Of a DNA stretch of 64,000 bases, positions 31,173-44,310 are shown piece after piece. The stretch's first letter is position 1. Every line of letters begins with the position of its first letter. Source of the stretch: the human T2T-CHM13v2.0 reference genome, Homo sapiens. The DNA is taken from the NCBI RefSeq assembly GCF_009914755.1, contig NC_060948.1; one strand, 5' to 3'. The notes under the pieces were generated by a model. The model did not search any database. It saw only the letters and a list, made by a program, of their open reading frames with translations, and was not told the origin of the DNA. The position numbers and the translations under genes are program-made.

Positions 31173-31914
31173 TGATGAAGCAGGGACCCCCTCTTAAAGG
31201 CCTTATCAAAGTCAAGAAAAATCTCGAGTTCCTTCAAGGGAAATTCCAGGTAGTTGGCTAGCCTTGAAAAGTAATTAAGCAGCTTGATATCCAAGAAGGT
31301 AATGGTACTTTAACAACAAAGGAAGCTAGAGCCAGGAGATACTAGGTTACCTATAGGAACTAAAGATAATATCTTAACATAAGTCCTTGAGTTGTTTTTC
31401 AGAAACCCAGAACCCCAGAAAATGCATTCACTGGCATGCAGACCTCAGTTAAGGGGCAACCACTTAACTGGTTAAGAATGTAACCACCATTCTTTATTTT
31501 AAATGTCTTTCTGAGGGGGCTGGAGGAAGTCATGTCCATGAGCCAGAGCTATCTTTCTTTTCTGCCCAACCCAATTTTTAAACAAAGCTTCTTTTCCTTA
31601 GCCAAGAGGCAATCTTTGAATCAGCCTGTGAGTCCCCTGCTTCAGGATATCCTGCCTTTTAGGGCAAAAACAATGTGTAACGTTCTTGAATTGATTTAAA
31701 ATTGTACTTGTAGCTTCTGCTTTCCTGAAATTTTCCCCTGCATTTACAAATCCTTACCTGTAAGCCGCTGGCAGGTGGGGTCTTGGGCATGAATCACCCA
31801 ATTTTCCTTGCTTGGTGCTTGCAAATAAATGCTTGACTTCCTCTCGCTGCCATCCTAATGTTAGTGTTTGGCTTGCTGTGCCAGGCAAGCAGACCGCCAT
31901 TCAGTTCTGTAACA
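31173..31914 (+). mobile_element. Solo ERV1 LTR (MER34/MER39-like)
   Basis: 'gagttccttcaagggaaattccagg...ctaaagataatatcttaacat...tgagttgtttttcagaaaccc'; AATAAA; ends 'gtaaca'. Confidence 0.7.
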
Positions 31915-32281
31915 ATATTAGAGCAAAAGTGAAACTGCAGCCATGTTGCTTTTTGAAGTCAAGATTGGGGAAACAAATGAGAGCTGTGGTAGCTCATGCA
32001 TGTTGGCTCTTACCTGTGGTCTCACCTCCTTTGCATAGGAGTAGCCATGGGACATGAAGCTGCTCTAACTTTTTGTGGACACTTTTTCAGGTGTGCATTC
32101 AGCTCTACGGAAAACGGGGCAAGCTTTTCCTGCAAGATGTCCTGGCATTCAAGTTGACGGCAGAGAAATACAGACATGGATCATAGATAGCCCTGTTTCT
32201 AGATCATGCCTGTGGCTCCAAGCTCATTCTCATTCTCCAATTTTATAGGCAGTTTCCACTTCAGGAATCAAGGATTTCCCT

Positions 32282-32715
32282 TGTGAAAGGAAAATAAAAA
32301 CTTGGTACCCCAATTTGCTATGCCAAAAAAAATTAAGCTAAAAGCTGAGTCACGCAAGAAGTGGCCTTTTCCTTTGCTCCTAAGAAGATAGCTATGGATA
32401 AAAGCCACAGGTGTCTGCTCTGTGTTCACCAGATCTTACGTAAAGTGCCCATTTACTGAGTCCAAGAGGAATACACAGTTACCTGCTCATTTTCCCTTGC
32501 AAACCCCAGACTAATGTGACCATACCCTCCCTCCTGTCTCTCCAGCCCACATTTCTCCTTTAAATATTGAAGCCCTTCAAATCATCTTTGGAGAAAGGCA
32601 CAGACCACAGACAGTTTCTGTGATTCGTGTTGATCTCTTCTGGACATTTCCTTCATCTTGGCAAAATAAACTTCTGAGTTGATTGAGACCTGTGTCAGAT
32701 ACTTTTTGGTTTATA
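32282..32715 (+). mobile_element. Solo ERV1 LTR (MER4C-like)
   Basis: Starts TGTGAAAGGAAAATAAAAACTTGG and ends 'gattgagacctgtgtcagatactttttggtttata'; TSD CCCT/CCCA. Confidence 0.75.
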
Positions 32716-33249
32716 CCCACAAGGAGAATCCAGCCTGCCTCATTGCCCAACTGCACTGGGAGTTGCTTGTGGTCTTTTGTGAGCTGATTGGTCATGTTAA
32801 TCACTTTCTTCTTAGTTGGAAGATAGAGTTAAGAGCTCAGTGATGTGGTTTTTATATTGTTTCCTGTCCTTCCATGCAGGTGGGTCACCACCACTTCCCT
32901 ATATGGACAATAACCTCCTCAAAACAGGAACATCACAGTCTACTTTCATGTCCTTATTCCTTTTCTGATGCCCTGAAATATATAAATGCAGGGTAGCATG
33001 GTTACTCAAGGTGCAAACACATGCTTCCTTTTGAGTCAGGTGAACTAACACTTGAACAATCAAAAGCAATGGTCACCATGACATACAGAGTAGTGCAAAC
33101 AGACTCACTCAAAATGCAGTATGTGGATGGCAGGCAGGGCTTTAAATTGCATATCTCATGTACTTGATTGCAAATGAGGAAAACTGTAATAGCCAAAGCT
33201 ATCTATCATACAGGTTCTGGTACTAAACACCTAAGCACTCATTGTGTTG

Positions 33250-33888
33250 TGTCAAGTAAAAACACATCTAGATGTAGGGAAGGAAAACTTTATTCAAAAT
33301 GATTATTGCAATAAAGAGGGACACTATTCTAATAATGGGAAGGGGAGTATTGGTATGCAGCATTACACAGAGAGTAAGATCTTCAAGCATGTCAAAGGTT
33401 AGGCAGAAAGGAGTTTAGAGACAAACTACTAGAAAGGACCAGACATGGGCGAGTGGGTGGTGGCATAATTGGACTAGACAATATCTTCCTTGTGGTAATG
33501 TCAGTTAATTCTCTGGAAAGGCCCTTAAGAAGGGTCTATGCCCTGGCTCCAACTGAGATTGGGTCAAAGTTCAGGATTCTCTGAGTGATGCAAAGAAGCT
33601 TACATGAACTAGGTCCAGTCCTGTGAATAAGCATTGCAATCCAATGCATCTGTGGAGCCACAGTTTAGCTAAACTTTTATGAGACAAAAAATAGGAATTA
33701 AAAGATTGATGTGTGTCTTTGTTGAAAGTGACAATAAAAGTGGAAGGACATCCATGAATCTTCTCTAAGGCATAAGAGAATGGTGTTTTTTGCAGTAACT
33801 GCTTTCTCAGAACACACAAAACAGGTAGAGGGGGTATTTCTTTACTGTTACTGTTTTCCTGGAGCACAAGTAAAATTTAACATTGTCA
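33250..33888 (-). mobile_element. ERV1 LTR (MER31/MER67-like)
   Basis: 'ggaaggaaaactttattcaa...tattgcaata' at the left and 'aaaatttaacattgtca' at the right; family call tentative. Confidence 0.55.
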
Positions 33889-36380
33889 ATTGCATTCATT
33901 AATTCTGGTTCCTTCAATAGCCTTCTAAGTCAGGGCTACCCATGTTTAACATGTATTGTTGTGTGTACACACACACACACAAAATCACACACACAGAGGT
34001 AGCGGAAGAGAGAGAAAGAGCGAGGGAGAGCTCATATTTACACTGTGCACTGGAATACATGAGTGACGTTATTGAGCCAAGTCTCTCTACACTGGTGTAC
34101 GATTAGGAAGATGTCCTCTAAAATAGGTACTATTATACCCATTTTTCAGAAGTTCAGAATGAATCTCAAAGTGGTCATATGAACTTCTCTAAGGAAGATC
34201 TACATTTTTAACTTTTCTAACTTTCCTACTTAATAGAAAGACAAGTGTCAAATTTTACTGGCACTGGATTCCAGGCTTTCTGTCTTCTATATTTTTACCC
34301 AAAATAACCACAATAAAAAGAATGGTTCTTAGTTTCTGAGGCGGTGTGCTTCATGGATGTCAAAGCAAAAAAACTTGAGGACAAGAAGACAGAAATCTAG
34401 AAAAGTAGGATGAGCATTCACTCCCATCATCTCGATGTAAAACTGCAACCTGTCATGTTTTCCCTAACAGAAGGTAGAGATTCAGTTGTGGGTGTTGGCT
34501 GGAGTAAGACATAAAAAACTTGAGACGCAAAGGGAGCTTTATGTTTGAGGCAAGGTTGCAAAATATCAAATAAAAGTCAAAATGACATCCTTCCATTTTC
34601 TCTCAGGTTGCTGTTTTTGGCATTTTTCTGCAATCACAGTATGATGAGAAGGAAGGTACGTCTGTATCAAACTCCACGCATAAGTAAAAGTAATTGCCCC
34701 TGTGATAGATCAGCCTGATAGGGAAGATTCATTTCATAAGCAAACAAAAACCTGAGAAAGTTCTGCATGCCGACTGGCAATAAAAATTTTTAAAAAGGGC
34801 TAACAAGCACTGTTTCCCATGCCTTCCCCTTTCTGTCTTACCTGTCATTAAAATGCATCCAACTGAGATGTCAAATACTTTGCAGAATCTCCTCATCCAC
34901 AAAGCAAGACCAACACTTAAACCAAATTACAAAGGTTTCTAGATGGTCTGATTTAGAAAGAATATATTGAACCACAAATAATGGATTCATGGATTTTCCA
35001 CGCTTGTCAGGAATATCAATAATTATGGTTTAATTCTGCAATGGGAATTACTTATGGGTGCCAGCTAATCAGGGCCAGAGGAGCTGGTCCTGACTGGCTT
35101 TTTCTTGTGTGTGCTCGGATGTGGCCAAATATCTTTCTAGATGACAAATGGGTCATGCCAGGGGGTGTAAACTGTACAGGTTTTAAATGTGCCATGCTAT
35201 GTTGGCTGTTGTTAAGAAAAGCTTCAGAAGGGGCAGGCTGAATTATCCTGCATCTTTGTCCTGGGAAGCTAAAGGTCAGATCACTCTGTGGTCATGGGCT
35301 GGCAGTGAAATGAAGGAGGAGGAGTTTGCTTCTGGGACATTGACAGAAAAAATGACTTTAATCTGATATTCATAAACCATAGCAACTGGCAGTTGAAAAA
35401 AATGATTTAGTAACAGATACCAACATGGTAGAAGTGAACAAAAAGGAACACCCCAAGGTGGACACGTTACAAAAGCAAGGGTGAAACTGGTTTACCGAAA
35501 CTCTTTGTATCCTTACTTCTAGGATGTGATTGTATCTTTTCCAAAGCAGTGGCATCTTTTAGAACAAAATATGAGGAGGTATTTATTGTGGTTGGCTGTG
35601 AGGGAAATGCAAAGAACATCTCTGAAGCAGATGTTTTCTATTTAAAAAAATACATTATTGCCTCGGCAAAATTCCTCTTTTCCTTTCCTAAGACTAGGCG
35701 AAATTCATATTTTATGTGACTGCTCTCCCAAATGGGATGATGTTGTCAGCTATGAGTTACCGAAGATGCCTCTTTTGTCTCCTTCCCAGAATACACAAAG
35801 CAAAGGTCTAAATGTGATTTTTGGTGAATATGTACTTTTTTTTGTTGTTGTTTTCAAATGAAAGATGCCAAGTGGGGAAAATGAATGTCTTAATCCTATA
35901 TTCCCCTCCTGGAGAATCTGTGCCACAGGGAAATGGAAATGACAGTGGAGCTCAGTGATCATGTGGTTCAGCTCTCTGCCTCTTCCTCTACCAACCACCT
36001 TCCCTTGCTCTTCCATCAATCTCCACTTTCCTACTTTTGTGCTGTTGTTCCTCTCCCTTCAGGTTCTCCCAGAGGTGCACACCCTCATTTATTTATTCAG
36101 CAGGCACACAAACAGATTACCTTGAGTTTGCAGCAAAGCAATTATATTCTTAATCAAGTCAAGTTGAATGAACTCAGGAAATAGATTACATAGTTTTTTG
36201 TTAAGAGTGAGCATCTCTTTGAAAAAGACCATAATATGTCTCCAGTTGTGTATGACCAGTGGGTCTTGGGATGACTCAAACTCATTTAGCTGTTTTCTAA
36301 AAGTCACAGACAATGCTTTTCCAAATAATTCAAATTATTGGGGTAAAAAAAACTTTTCTCTTCTAAGATATTTAAATTGC

Positions 36381-36751
36381 TTTAAATTTTATTTTAAAAT
36401 TATACTTTAAGTTCTGTGGTACCTGCACAGAACAGGCAGGTTTGTTACATAGGTATACATAAGCCATGGTGGCTTGCTGCATCCATTGACTCATCACCTA
36501 CATTAGGTATTTCTCCTAGGCATCCATAAAAATGTATGAGTTTATGTCATTGGCAGGGACATGGATAAAGCTGGAAACCATCATTCTCAGCAAAGTAACA
36601 CAAGAACAGAAAACCAGACACAGCATGTTCTCACTCATAAGTGGGAGTAGAAAAATGAGAACACTATCTCTCCCCTAGCCCCAAACCCACCAACAGGCTC
36701 CAGTGTGTGATGATCCCCTCCCTGTGTCCAAGTGTTCTCATTATTGACTCC
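36381..36751 (-). mobile_element. Short rearranged L1PA7/8-like 3'UTR insertion (minus/plus/minus segments)
   Basis: 36381-36518 minus, 36520-36664 plus, 36665-36751 minus; all three are L1PA 3'UTR sequence. Confidence 0.85.
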
Positions 36752-38198
36752 AGGATATAAAGGTTATTTCTTTTTGGAAAGATACTTGGAGATTTAAGTA
36801 ACTCATCCAGTAATTTTTAACATTGTTCATTTCCAACATTGAAATCAATTTTTCACCCTTTGAATAACTTGGACTAAGTTTCCCCTCATGATGTTTTTCA
36901 ATGAGCCCTTTACATTGAAATAATGATTCACATACATCCTCTCTTCTAAAAGGAGGAATTTGGAGTTTATCTCCCCTTCACTTGAAGATTTGTAGGTTAT
37001 CTGCATTAAAGATGAGTTATTCTAAATCATATCCAGGTAATTAATCAATTGCTATTAAACCACAGTAAATTGTGCTGTGCTGGGTTTTAATGGCAAACAT
37101 TTTTCTACCAAAAAACAAATGCTGCCAGACCTACTCTAAAGGTCCCTGATGCAGTATCTCTTCATCAGCATGCAGAGCACTTATATTTTCAATATGATAA
37201 TTAAAGGTAAAATGTTTTTTATTAATAGTACTGAGAATATTTTAGTCTTAATGCCACAGAGAGGGAATTAAGATAACACGAAAGATCCACCTCTAAGAGC
37301 ACACACTGCTGAAAGAATAATACCTAATTTCTACATTGAACATTTGGATTGCTTTCTTTGGGGATTATGTTTTATTTACTGGTGAGGAAATGTCTCTTTA
37401 ACTATATTTAAACTGATGTTGCATGAATATTTAAAATGATGGTTTCAACCAGAGAAAGATTTTCATTGTGGAATGAACAACAGAAGAAAATTCCACTCGA
37501 CTTTCTCTGAAAGATTGCAAAGCTTTAAAACCATTCTCTTCAACATTGGTATTCACCACCTTACTTATTAAAATAAGTAGAGTGGGAATAAATAGCCTAG
37601 CACTGGTCCTTTATATCCTTGCATTAAAAATGAAATGAGATAAGCCCTTCAAGTATGTAAAGCAATAACCTAAAGGCTGAAATGTATTAGTATAATGGCC
37701 ACAGTGATACCTTGCCTGTTTTTAGAATTTTATATACACTGAATCCTCAAAACCCCTCAGCAAATTGATTGTTATGGCAACTTTGCAAAGAAGGAAACTG
37801 AGGTGAGAGACATTAAATAATTGCCTGGAATTCAAATTAAATAAGGCAAGGAAATGGATTAGGAATCCAGGTGGGTCTACTGAGTGTGAGTTTGTAATGA
37901 TACACCCAATCATAGAGGAATTCTCTCTTCTTCAGGAGGAAGAAAATTCATACCCACTAATCCACAGGATCAGTGGATCAGGGACTTAGTAAAAATAATT
38001 GTAAAAACATTTATTAAGCACTTGCATATAAAAACACAGAGTACCATGAGAAGAAAATTGTACAGAGCTAGGCAAGGCAGGACTCCTTTCAAAAGCAAAT
38101 AATACATGGGAGAGAAACAAACTCTAATAATTATAGAAAAAACTTTTTGTTAATAAGAAAAAAAATTTAATCAGGATACTACATACTCTAAGGATGAG

Positions 38199-38541
38199 TT
38201 TTAATTTTTAATTTAATTGTTTTTATTTTATTTATTTTTTATTTTATTTTATTTTATTTATTTGTTTTATTTTATTTTTGGAGGTGAGGTCTCACTTTCA
38301 TTCAGGCTGAATTACAGTGGTGCAATCACAACTCACTGCACTGTCCATCTCCTGGGCTCAGTCAGTCTTCCCACCTTAACCTCCAGAGTATTTGGGACTA
38401 AAGGTGGGTGCCACCATAACTATTTTTAGAACTTTTTGTAGAGATGGGGTCTTGCTGTGTTGCTCAGGCTGCCTCAAGTCATCCTCCCACCTTGGCCTTC
38501 TAAAATACCGAGATTACAGATATGAGTCACCATGCTCAGCC
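38199..38541 (-). mobile_element. AluJ with (TTTTA)n tail
   Basis: Antisense J-type dimer; TSD-like TCTAAG(G/T)ATGA(G/C)TTTT on both sides. Confidence 0.85.
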
Positions 38542-38916
38542 TTCTAAGTATGACTTTTAACTATTTTGTTTATTTGTTTGTTTTGCAAGAGAACATCATA
38601 ATCCTGTCAACACAATGTTGTTTAAAATTTATACTCTTATTTCTTTAAATATAAAGTTTAATTTTTAAGGGCTCCTTAAATTCAGGTGTGACAAATCTTT
38701 GGTATTCCAACTTACAGCTACTGTTTCTGGTATAGGGTTGGGGTTTTTCCAAAAATAAATAAATAAAGTCCATATGTAAGACTGTCTAAAAATTGGTTAG
38801 TGTCTTTCTTTGGCATTTTTCTAAAATTTAGCATCACTGCCAATCAACTCTAGAAATGGCTATCTTAAGGTCTAAAACAACACTGCATAGAGATTCACAA
38901 GATGAGGGAGAAAATA

Positions 38917-39354
38917 CAATCATATAACCACATTTTGGTGAATGACAGATCATATATACAATGGTGGTACTATAAGATTTTGGTATTGTATTTTAACTGT
39001 ACTTTTGCTGTATTTAAATATGTTTGATCACAGAAATAATTTAATCCCATATTTTTTCCTGTACATATTCTTTGTTTAAAAATGATTCTAATACTGAATT
39101 TTTACGGTACTGTTTCATGTTTAAATATGCTTGAATACATAAACGCTGACCATTGTGTTACAATTGCCTGTAATATTCATTATGGTAACACACTGTACAG
39201 GTTGTAGCCAAGGAGCAATAGGCAACATCACACTGGTGCATCACAGGCTATGCTGCCTAGGCTTGTGTAAGCACAAGCTATGACATTTAAGCAATGAAAT
39301 CACCTCATGACCCTTTCTCAGAATGTATCCCTCTAGTTAAGCAATGCGTGACAA
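38917..39354. mobile_element. Tigger3a/MER7-like TcMar DNA transposon relic with an internal repeated segment
   Basis: 'gacagatcatatatacaatggtggt...cattgtgttacaattgcct...tttctcagaatgtatccc...gttaagcaatgcgtgac'. Confidence 0.72.
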
Positions 39355-39559
39355 TCAGATTCCCTTTTAGCCTTTGACATTAAGGCATTTATACTCTAGT
39401 AGGCAAGCCAAATTTCACTGAAATAAAAGGGACCAATATAAGAAAGTATATTTTCAACTTCCAAGCGTCTTCTAAGTGATAATTTCTGGAGGGAACACAA
39501 GAAGGGAGTGAGTGATGAGAACTGTAGGTTTGGTTCCCATGCTATGGTTGGCACAATAA

Positions 39560-40110
39560 TGCAGAAAATAAAATACAATTTCAAGATCCTCTAAATTTAT
39601 GATGTCAAGGAGGGACTTAACCCCTGGAAAGTGAGTCATGTAGCATGCTTGCAATTCTGCTTCTTAGATAATAGCTTAACTATCTTCTTTACTGCTCTTG
39701 TTCTGTAAATGACTAGGAGAGACCAGAGACTAGGCCTTCCCCTTCCAGTTACTGATCTTTGTTATAGATTAACTGTCTCCTTTATTGTCCTGTACCTAAC
39801 TCAGACCAGATGGTCTAACCCAAAACCCCTTCCCAGTCACATCCTCAGTGTGCAATGTTAAATACACCTTTCCTCAAAGAATAAGTCTACCTCAACTAAT
39901 CAGATCACTGTAACTGCATCAAATATCATATTGAAAGATGTTGAAGTTCTGTTAAAATTCTCTGAACATTGTCTATATAAGCAATCACAAACTTCCACAT
40001 TTTGAAACACTGACCTCCATTATTTGGAATCTGTGATTCCCAGGACAGCCTGTCTTTAACTTTGTGCCTGAATAAACCCTCTTTAACTAGTTTCTGACCT
40101 TTTTAATTAG
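39560..40110 (+). mobile_element. ERV1-class LTR (MER4-group-like)
   Basis: TG start, 'gagtcatgtagcatg', TATA-like 'tctatataagc' and 'gcctgaataaaccctctttaactag'; subfamily not identified. Confidence 0.55.
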
Positions 40111-40111
40111 A

Positions 40112-40868
40112 GATGGCAATAATGACCTCCCAAAGATGTCCAGGTCCTAATCCTCAGAAGATACAATTATGCTGTTACATGGTAAAGGGAAAAAATTGTT
40201 GCTTATTTGATGTTAGGTTTATTTAATGTTAGGTTGATGTTATTTGATGTTGCACATCTAGTTAGATGTGTAACTTTGTGTTCATGGGCAAACAGCAAGC
40301 CTATGATGTAATTACTTGTTTCTGTGATGATTGAGGTATATAGGAAATATAGTTTATATTTTTCCCCTGTTTAATTCCAAACTTTAGTGTTTAACACTTA
40401 CTTAACCAACATCAAATAAAAACCAATTTTTTTTTGGTTGTAGTTACCATTGGGGCTGTTAATCTGCTGACTGTGAGGTGGGGAGATCCTCTTGAATTAT
40501 AAGGTGGGACCAATGTAATCACAGGATCCTGTGTGATGGAAGAAGGAAACAGAAGAGGTCAGAGTCAGAAAAAAAGATGTGAGGACTGCACCAGAGTCAG
40601 AGAGAGGCCACATTGCTGGGTTTGCAGAAGAAGGGAAGGGACCATGAGACAAACAAACTTGGCGGTCCTTAGAATTTGGAAAAAGCAAGAAACTACCATT
40701 TCCATAAACATCTGCAGTTATACAATCCTGCCAACAGCTTGATTTTACTCCAGTGAGACCAGTTTTGCCTCCCAGTCTCCAGAACTGTAAGGTAATACAT
40801 ATCTATTGTTTTAAGCCATTCTGCTTTTGGTCGTTTTTTACAGCAGCCACAAAAAACACAAATACACA
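40112..40868 (+). mobile_element. MaLR LTR (MLT1D/E-like) interrupted by a ~245-bp insert
   Basis: 'cccaaagatgtccaggtcctaatcc...ggtaaaggga' resumes at 'ggttgtag...ggtgggaccaatgtaatcacagg...ctccagaactgtaag...gttttaagcca...aatac'. Confidence 0.78.
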
Positions 40869-42339
40869 TGGAAATACCTGTTCCAAAAACACTGCTCTTA
40901 GACATTGCAAGTGGACTCATGCTTCTTTCCTTCAAAAGGAGTCAACCTTACCTTTCTGATGCTGCAGTGGAGAGCTGCAGTCTGGTGTGGATAAGCGTAT
41001 CCTGGGCACCATGCCATGGTGTAGACAACCCTTCACACTTAGTCTCCACCTAGAAAGCAGGGGTCATGACTTGCCATGTTGGTGTTCTGTTGAATGCTCT
41101 GTGAATAATTAATAAAGATAAAAAGAGGACACATATAAACACATACTGAAGCACTTAAAAATCGAGTTGTGTGAGTAATCTCAATGTTGCCAAAACTCAA
41201 CCACACTACTCCAGGACTGGTCAGCTTTGTCCTCCAAGGAGGTTGTTAGAAATGCAGAATTTCAAGTCTTCACCCCAGACTGAGTTAATTAGACCCTACA
41301 TGTTAACAAGATAAGAAGGAAGTTCCCATGCAGATTTAAGATTGAGAAGATCTCCTCTAGGCAAGTGGCTCTCAACTATAGCTGCACATTGTAAATCAAG
41401 GTCAGCATCGGTTTTATTGCTTTAAGGAGGTGTCCTTTACATCAGCATTTTACACAAAGAGCTCCTTGGGTCATTCTAATGTGGAGCCAAGAATAGGAAT
41501 CACTGTTGAAGCATCAACACTGTTTTTCACAGAAGTTGGCTTTGTATAGACCTACGGGGCCAGCCATCATTCACCGAATATCAATCCTCAATCCAAGATG
41601 TACCATATTCACGGAATAACCACTTTCTCTTGTCAGTCCTTTCTTCCTTCCTTTTTGGAGAATGTATTTCAGGTGCTACCTTCCTACAAAATGTAGAACA
41701 TATTTCTCCCTGCAAGATAATCTTATATTATTTAAAGACATGTTTCTGAGTTGAAATATAAAGGTGATGTTTTAAGAAGTAAAGAATACTTATCTTAGAA
41801 AACACTAAAAATTCTCACTTCAGTGTTGTGAAACTCAAATTATTATTTAAAAATGTATATAAAACTTCACTGCGAAACTCAAATTATATTTTATTTAAGA
41901 ATTGGTATGAAACGTTGTAAGGGCATATGTCACAGATTTGCTTATTTTGAAAGTAAACTGTAGAGTACACAAACAAAATGAATGGTTAATTTCATAACAT
42001 TCCAATTCTTAGAAAGCTAGAGAAAATATTCTTATCTTAGAGAATTAGTAGTTATTGTGTGGTCACCTGTCAAGGCAAAATGAAACTAAATTTCAAAATT
42101 TATTAAATAAATGTGAGAGTTATTTGCTCTATCAAAGCATATACATTTGTTTTAGATTTTGCTATTATTAGGGTATGGAAGGAAGACTTTTGTAGAGTTG
42201 TTGTATTGACATCTTTTATGTTCCTCAATATCCTTTCTTCTCCAACACTTACACTGTCACTTCTGTGTGGTGCTTTATCCGAGTATAACTGGACAACAGT
42301 CTTCCATGCTGCTTGGCTTAGGGTTTCTCTGACATAGCA

Positions 42340-42682
42340 TAAGACATCCACAAAGCCCACCACTCACGGGCAGCCACAGATCATAGCGCCAATGGCGCCA
42401 CCCTTGGCCACTGCCTATCAGGAGCTGTAAAATAAGTGGTTTACCCCTTTGATGTCTCAGATAGACAATTTTAAGGTGTATTTCAGAGGCTTTTCAGAAG
42501 GTCCCTGACAGGATTGAACATGTGCTATTCTGGAGGTGGATGAGTCAATGAAGCATCATTGTACTGGGTGTTCTCTATTTTATTTCCTTTGTTCTAGACG
42601 CCTTCTTTCTGGAACTACATTCTTACCTAAATTATCCACCCACAAGCTTTTCCCACCACTGTTAAGGGAAGCCTGGGTAAGA
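42340..42682 (+). mobile_element. LTR16-like ERVL LTR fragment
   Basis: 'gacaattttaaggtgtatttcagaggcttttcagaaggtccc..caggattga...gggaagcctgggtaagac'. Confidence 0.5.
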
Positions 42683-43126
42683 CTATAATCACATTATTTG
42701 CTTATCTTTCTTCCTCATTAGCTTGCATGTTTCTCTTGTAGATGAAGCTTTTTACTCACGTATCTTTGCAGCCCCTCACAACTACTGCACAAAATAAAAC
42801 AGGCACTCAAAAATTATTTTCTGGATCGGTGAATGGATCTCAGGGTCTACTTCTCCAAGAAGTTTACTTCTGATAGCTCTAGCTTTTTTTTCCAATGCTA
42901 ACATGCTTCATCTGCCCTTTCCAGCATTTTTCTGTAGCATATCAAGGACTTAAGTACTGTTTACTGCAAGATATTTAAGCACTTAACTCTTGTTCATGGC
43001 TTGTGTTTCAGTTTCAACTTGTCTATTCATTTTGCAGACGATTTCCTGAAGACAGAAATTCATAAAATTCATTTCAAGTAAGAAAACATAGGAAAGTACT
43101 TGGTCAACAGTAAAAGATACACAAGT

Positions 43127-43545
43127 GGTAATGATGATTGTGATGTAGATGGTGATGATGGTGATGGTGATGAAGATGATTGTGATGATGACGGTGATGA
43201 TGATTGTGGTGGTGATCATGGTGATGGTGGTGATGATGATGGTAATGGCAATGATGATGATAATGGTGATGATAATGATGGTGATGATTTTGGTGATGGT
43301 GATGATTGTGATGATAATGGTGATGGTGAAGTTGGTGACAGGGATGATAATGATGAAGACGACGGTAATGATGTTGGTGATGATGGTGATGGCAATGAGG
43401 GTAATGATGTTTCTGATGGTGATGGCAATGTTGGTAATGATGATTGTGATGATGACGATAGTGATGGTGATGATGATGATGATGGGGATGATGGTAATAT
43501 GATGGCAATAGGGGGAGTGATTATGACAATAATGATAGTGTAATG
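43127..43545. repeat. Degenerate (GAT/GGT)n trinucleotide low-complexity tract
   Basis: About 420 bp of GAT/GGT/AAT triplets; gives spurious ORFs in several frames. Confidence 0.95.
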
Positions 43546-43879
43546 ACCAATAGGCAGACATCCTATATTCAGTATAAAAGCAGAGTTCAGATATTAGCAG
43601 ACTTCCATGGTTAACTTTTTTACCTGAGGGTGGGTCACATAGGAAGGTCTGTCTCTATGCAAGGCAAAGGGAAGTCATCATGTTCAATTCCAATTTCCTT
43701 AATTTCTATAGCAATAATAGCTCTATTGTTTCACCATCATCACATATTATCCCAGTTGGAATCCATGTGTCTCATAGGAAGGCAATCGACACATTTTCAT
43801 TTACACCTCAAACTGGCTTATCAAAGGAGATTCTAGCACTTTTAGTAAAAATCCTGTCATTTACAACTAGGCGTTAGCT

Positions 43880-44310
43880 AATCTAAATAAGTCAGGCAGA
43901 GGAAGATAAATACTGCATGATCTCACTGATGTGTTGAATTTTAAAAGTTGACCACATAAAAGCAGAAGGTAGGACAATGGTTACCAGGACTGAGGTGTGG
44001 AAAAATTGGGGAGATGATTGTCAAACAGTACAAACTTTTAGTTATGATGAAAGATAAACAGGTTCTGGAGAACCAGTGTACAGTATGGTGATGATAGTTA
44101 TCAATACTGTATTGTATGCTTGAAATGCACTAAAACAGTAGGTCTTAAGTGTCCTCACTACCCATACACACATACACACACACACACACACATGCTAACT
44201 ATGTGAGGTGATAGATGTGTCAAGTAAATTTATTGTGGTAATATTTCACAATATATACACATAGGAAAGCATCAAATTGTGCAACTCAAAGGTATATGAT
44301 TTGTAAAGAT
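43880..44310 (+). mobile_element. L1MA/MB 3' end with internal (CA)n
   Basis: 'aaataagtcaggcagaggaagataaatactgcatgatctcact...gtattgtatgcttgaaat...actatgtgaggtgatagatgtgt'. Confidence 0.75.

Noticed and set aside
34200-36380. Repeat-poor stretch as a possible exon or processed pseudogene
   Set aside because: No recognisable protein similarity, CpG island or TSD/poly(A) signature by eye; a non-coding exon cannot be excluded without a search.
42983-43561. Overlapping long ORFs (Ile/Thr-, Asp/Gly-, His-, Met/Val- and Ser/Pro-rich)
   Set aside because: All arise from one trinucleotide low-complexity tract read in different frames; there is no gene context.
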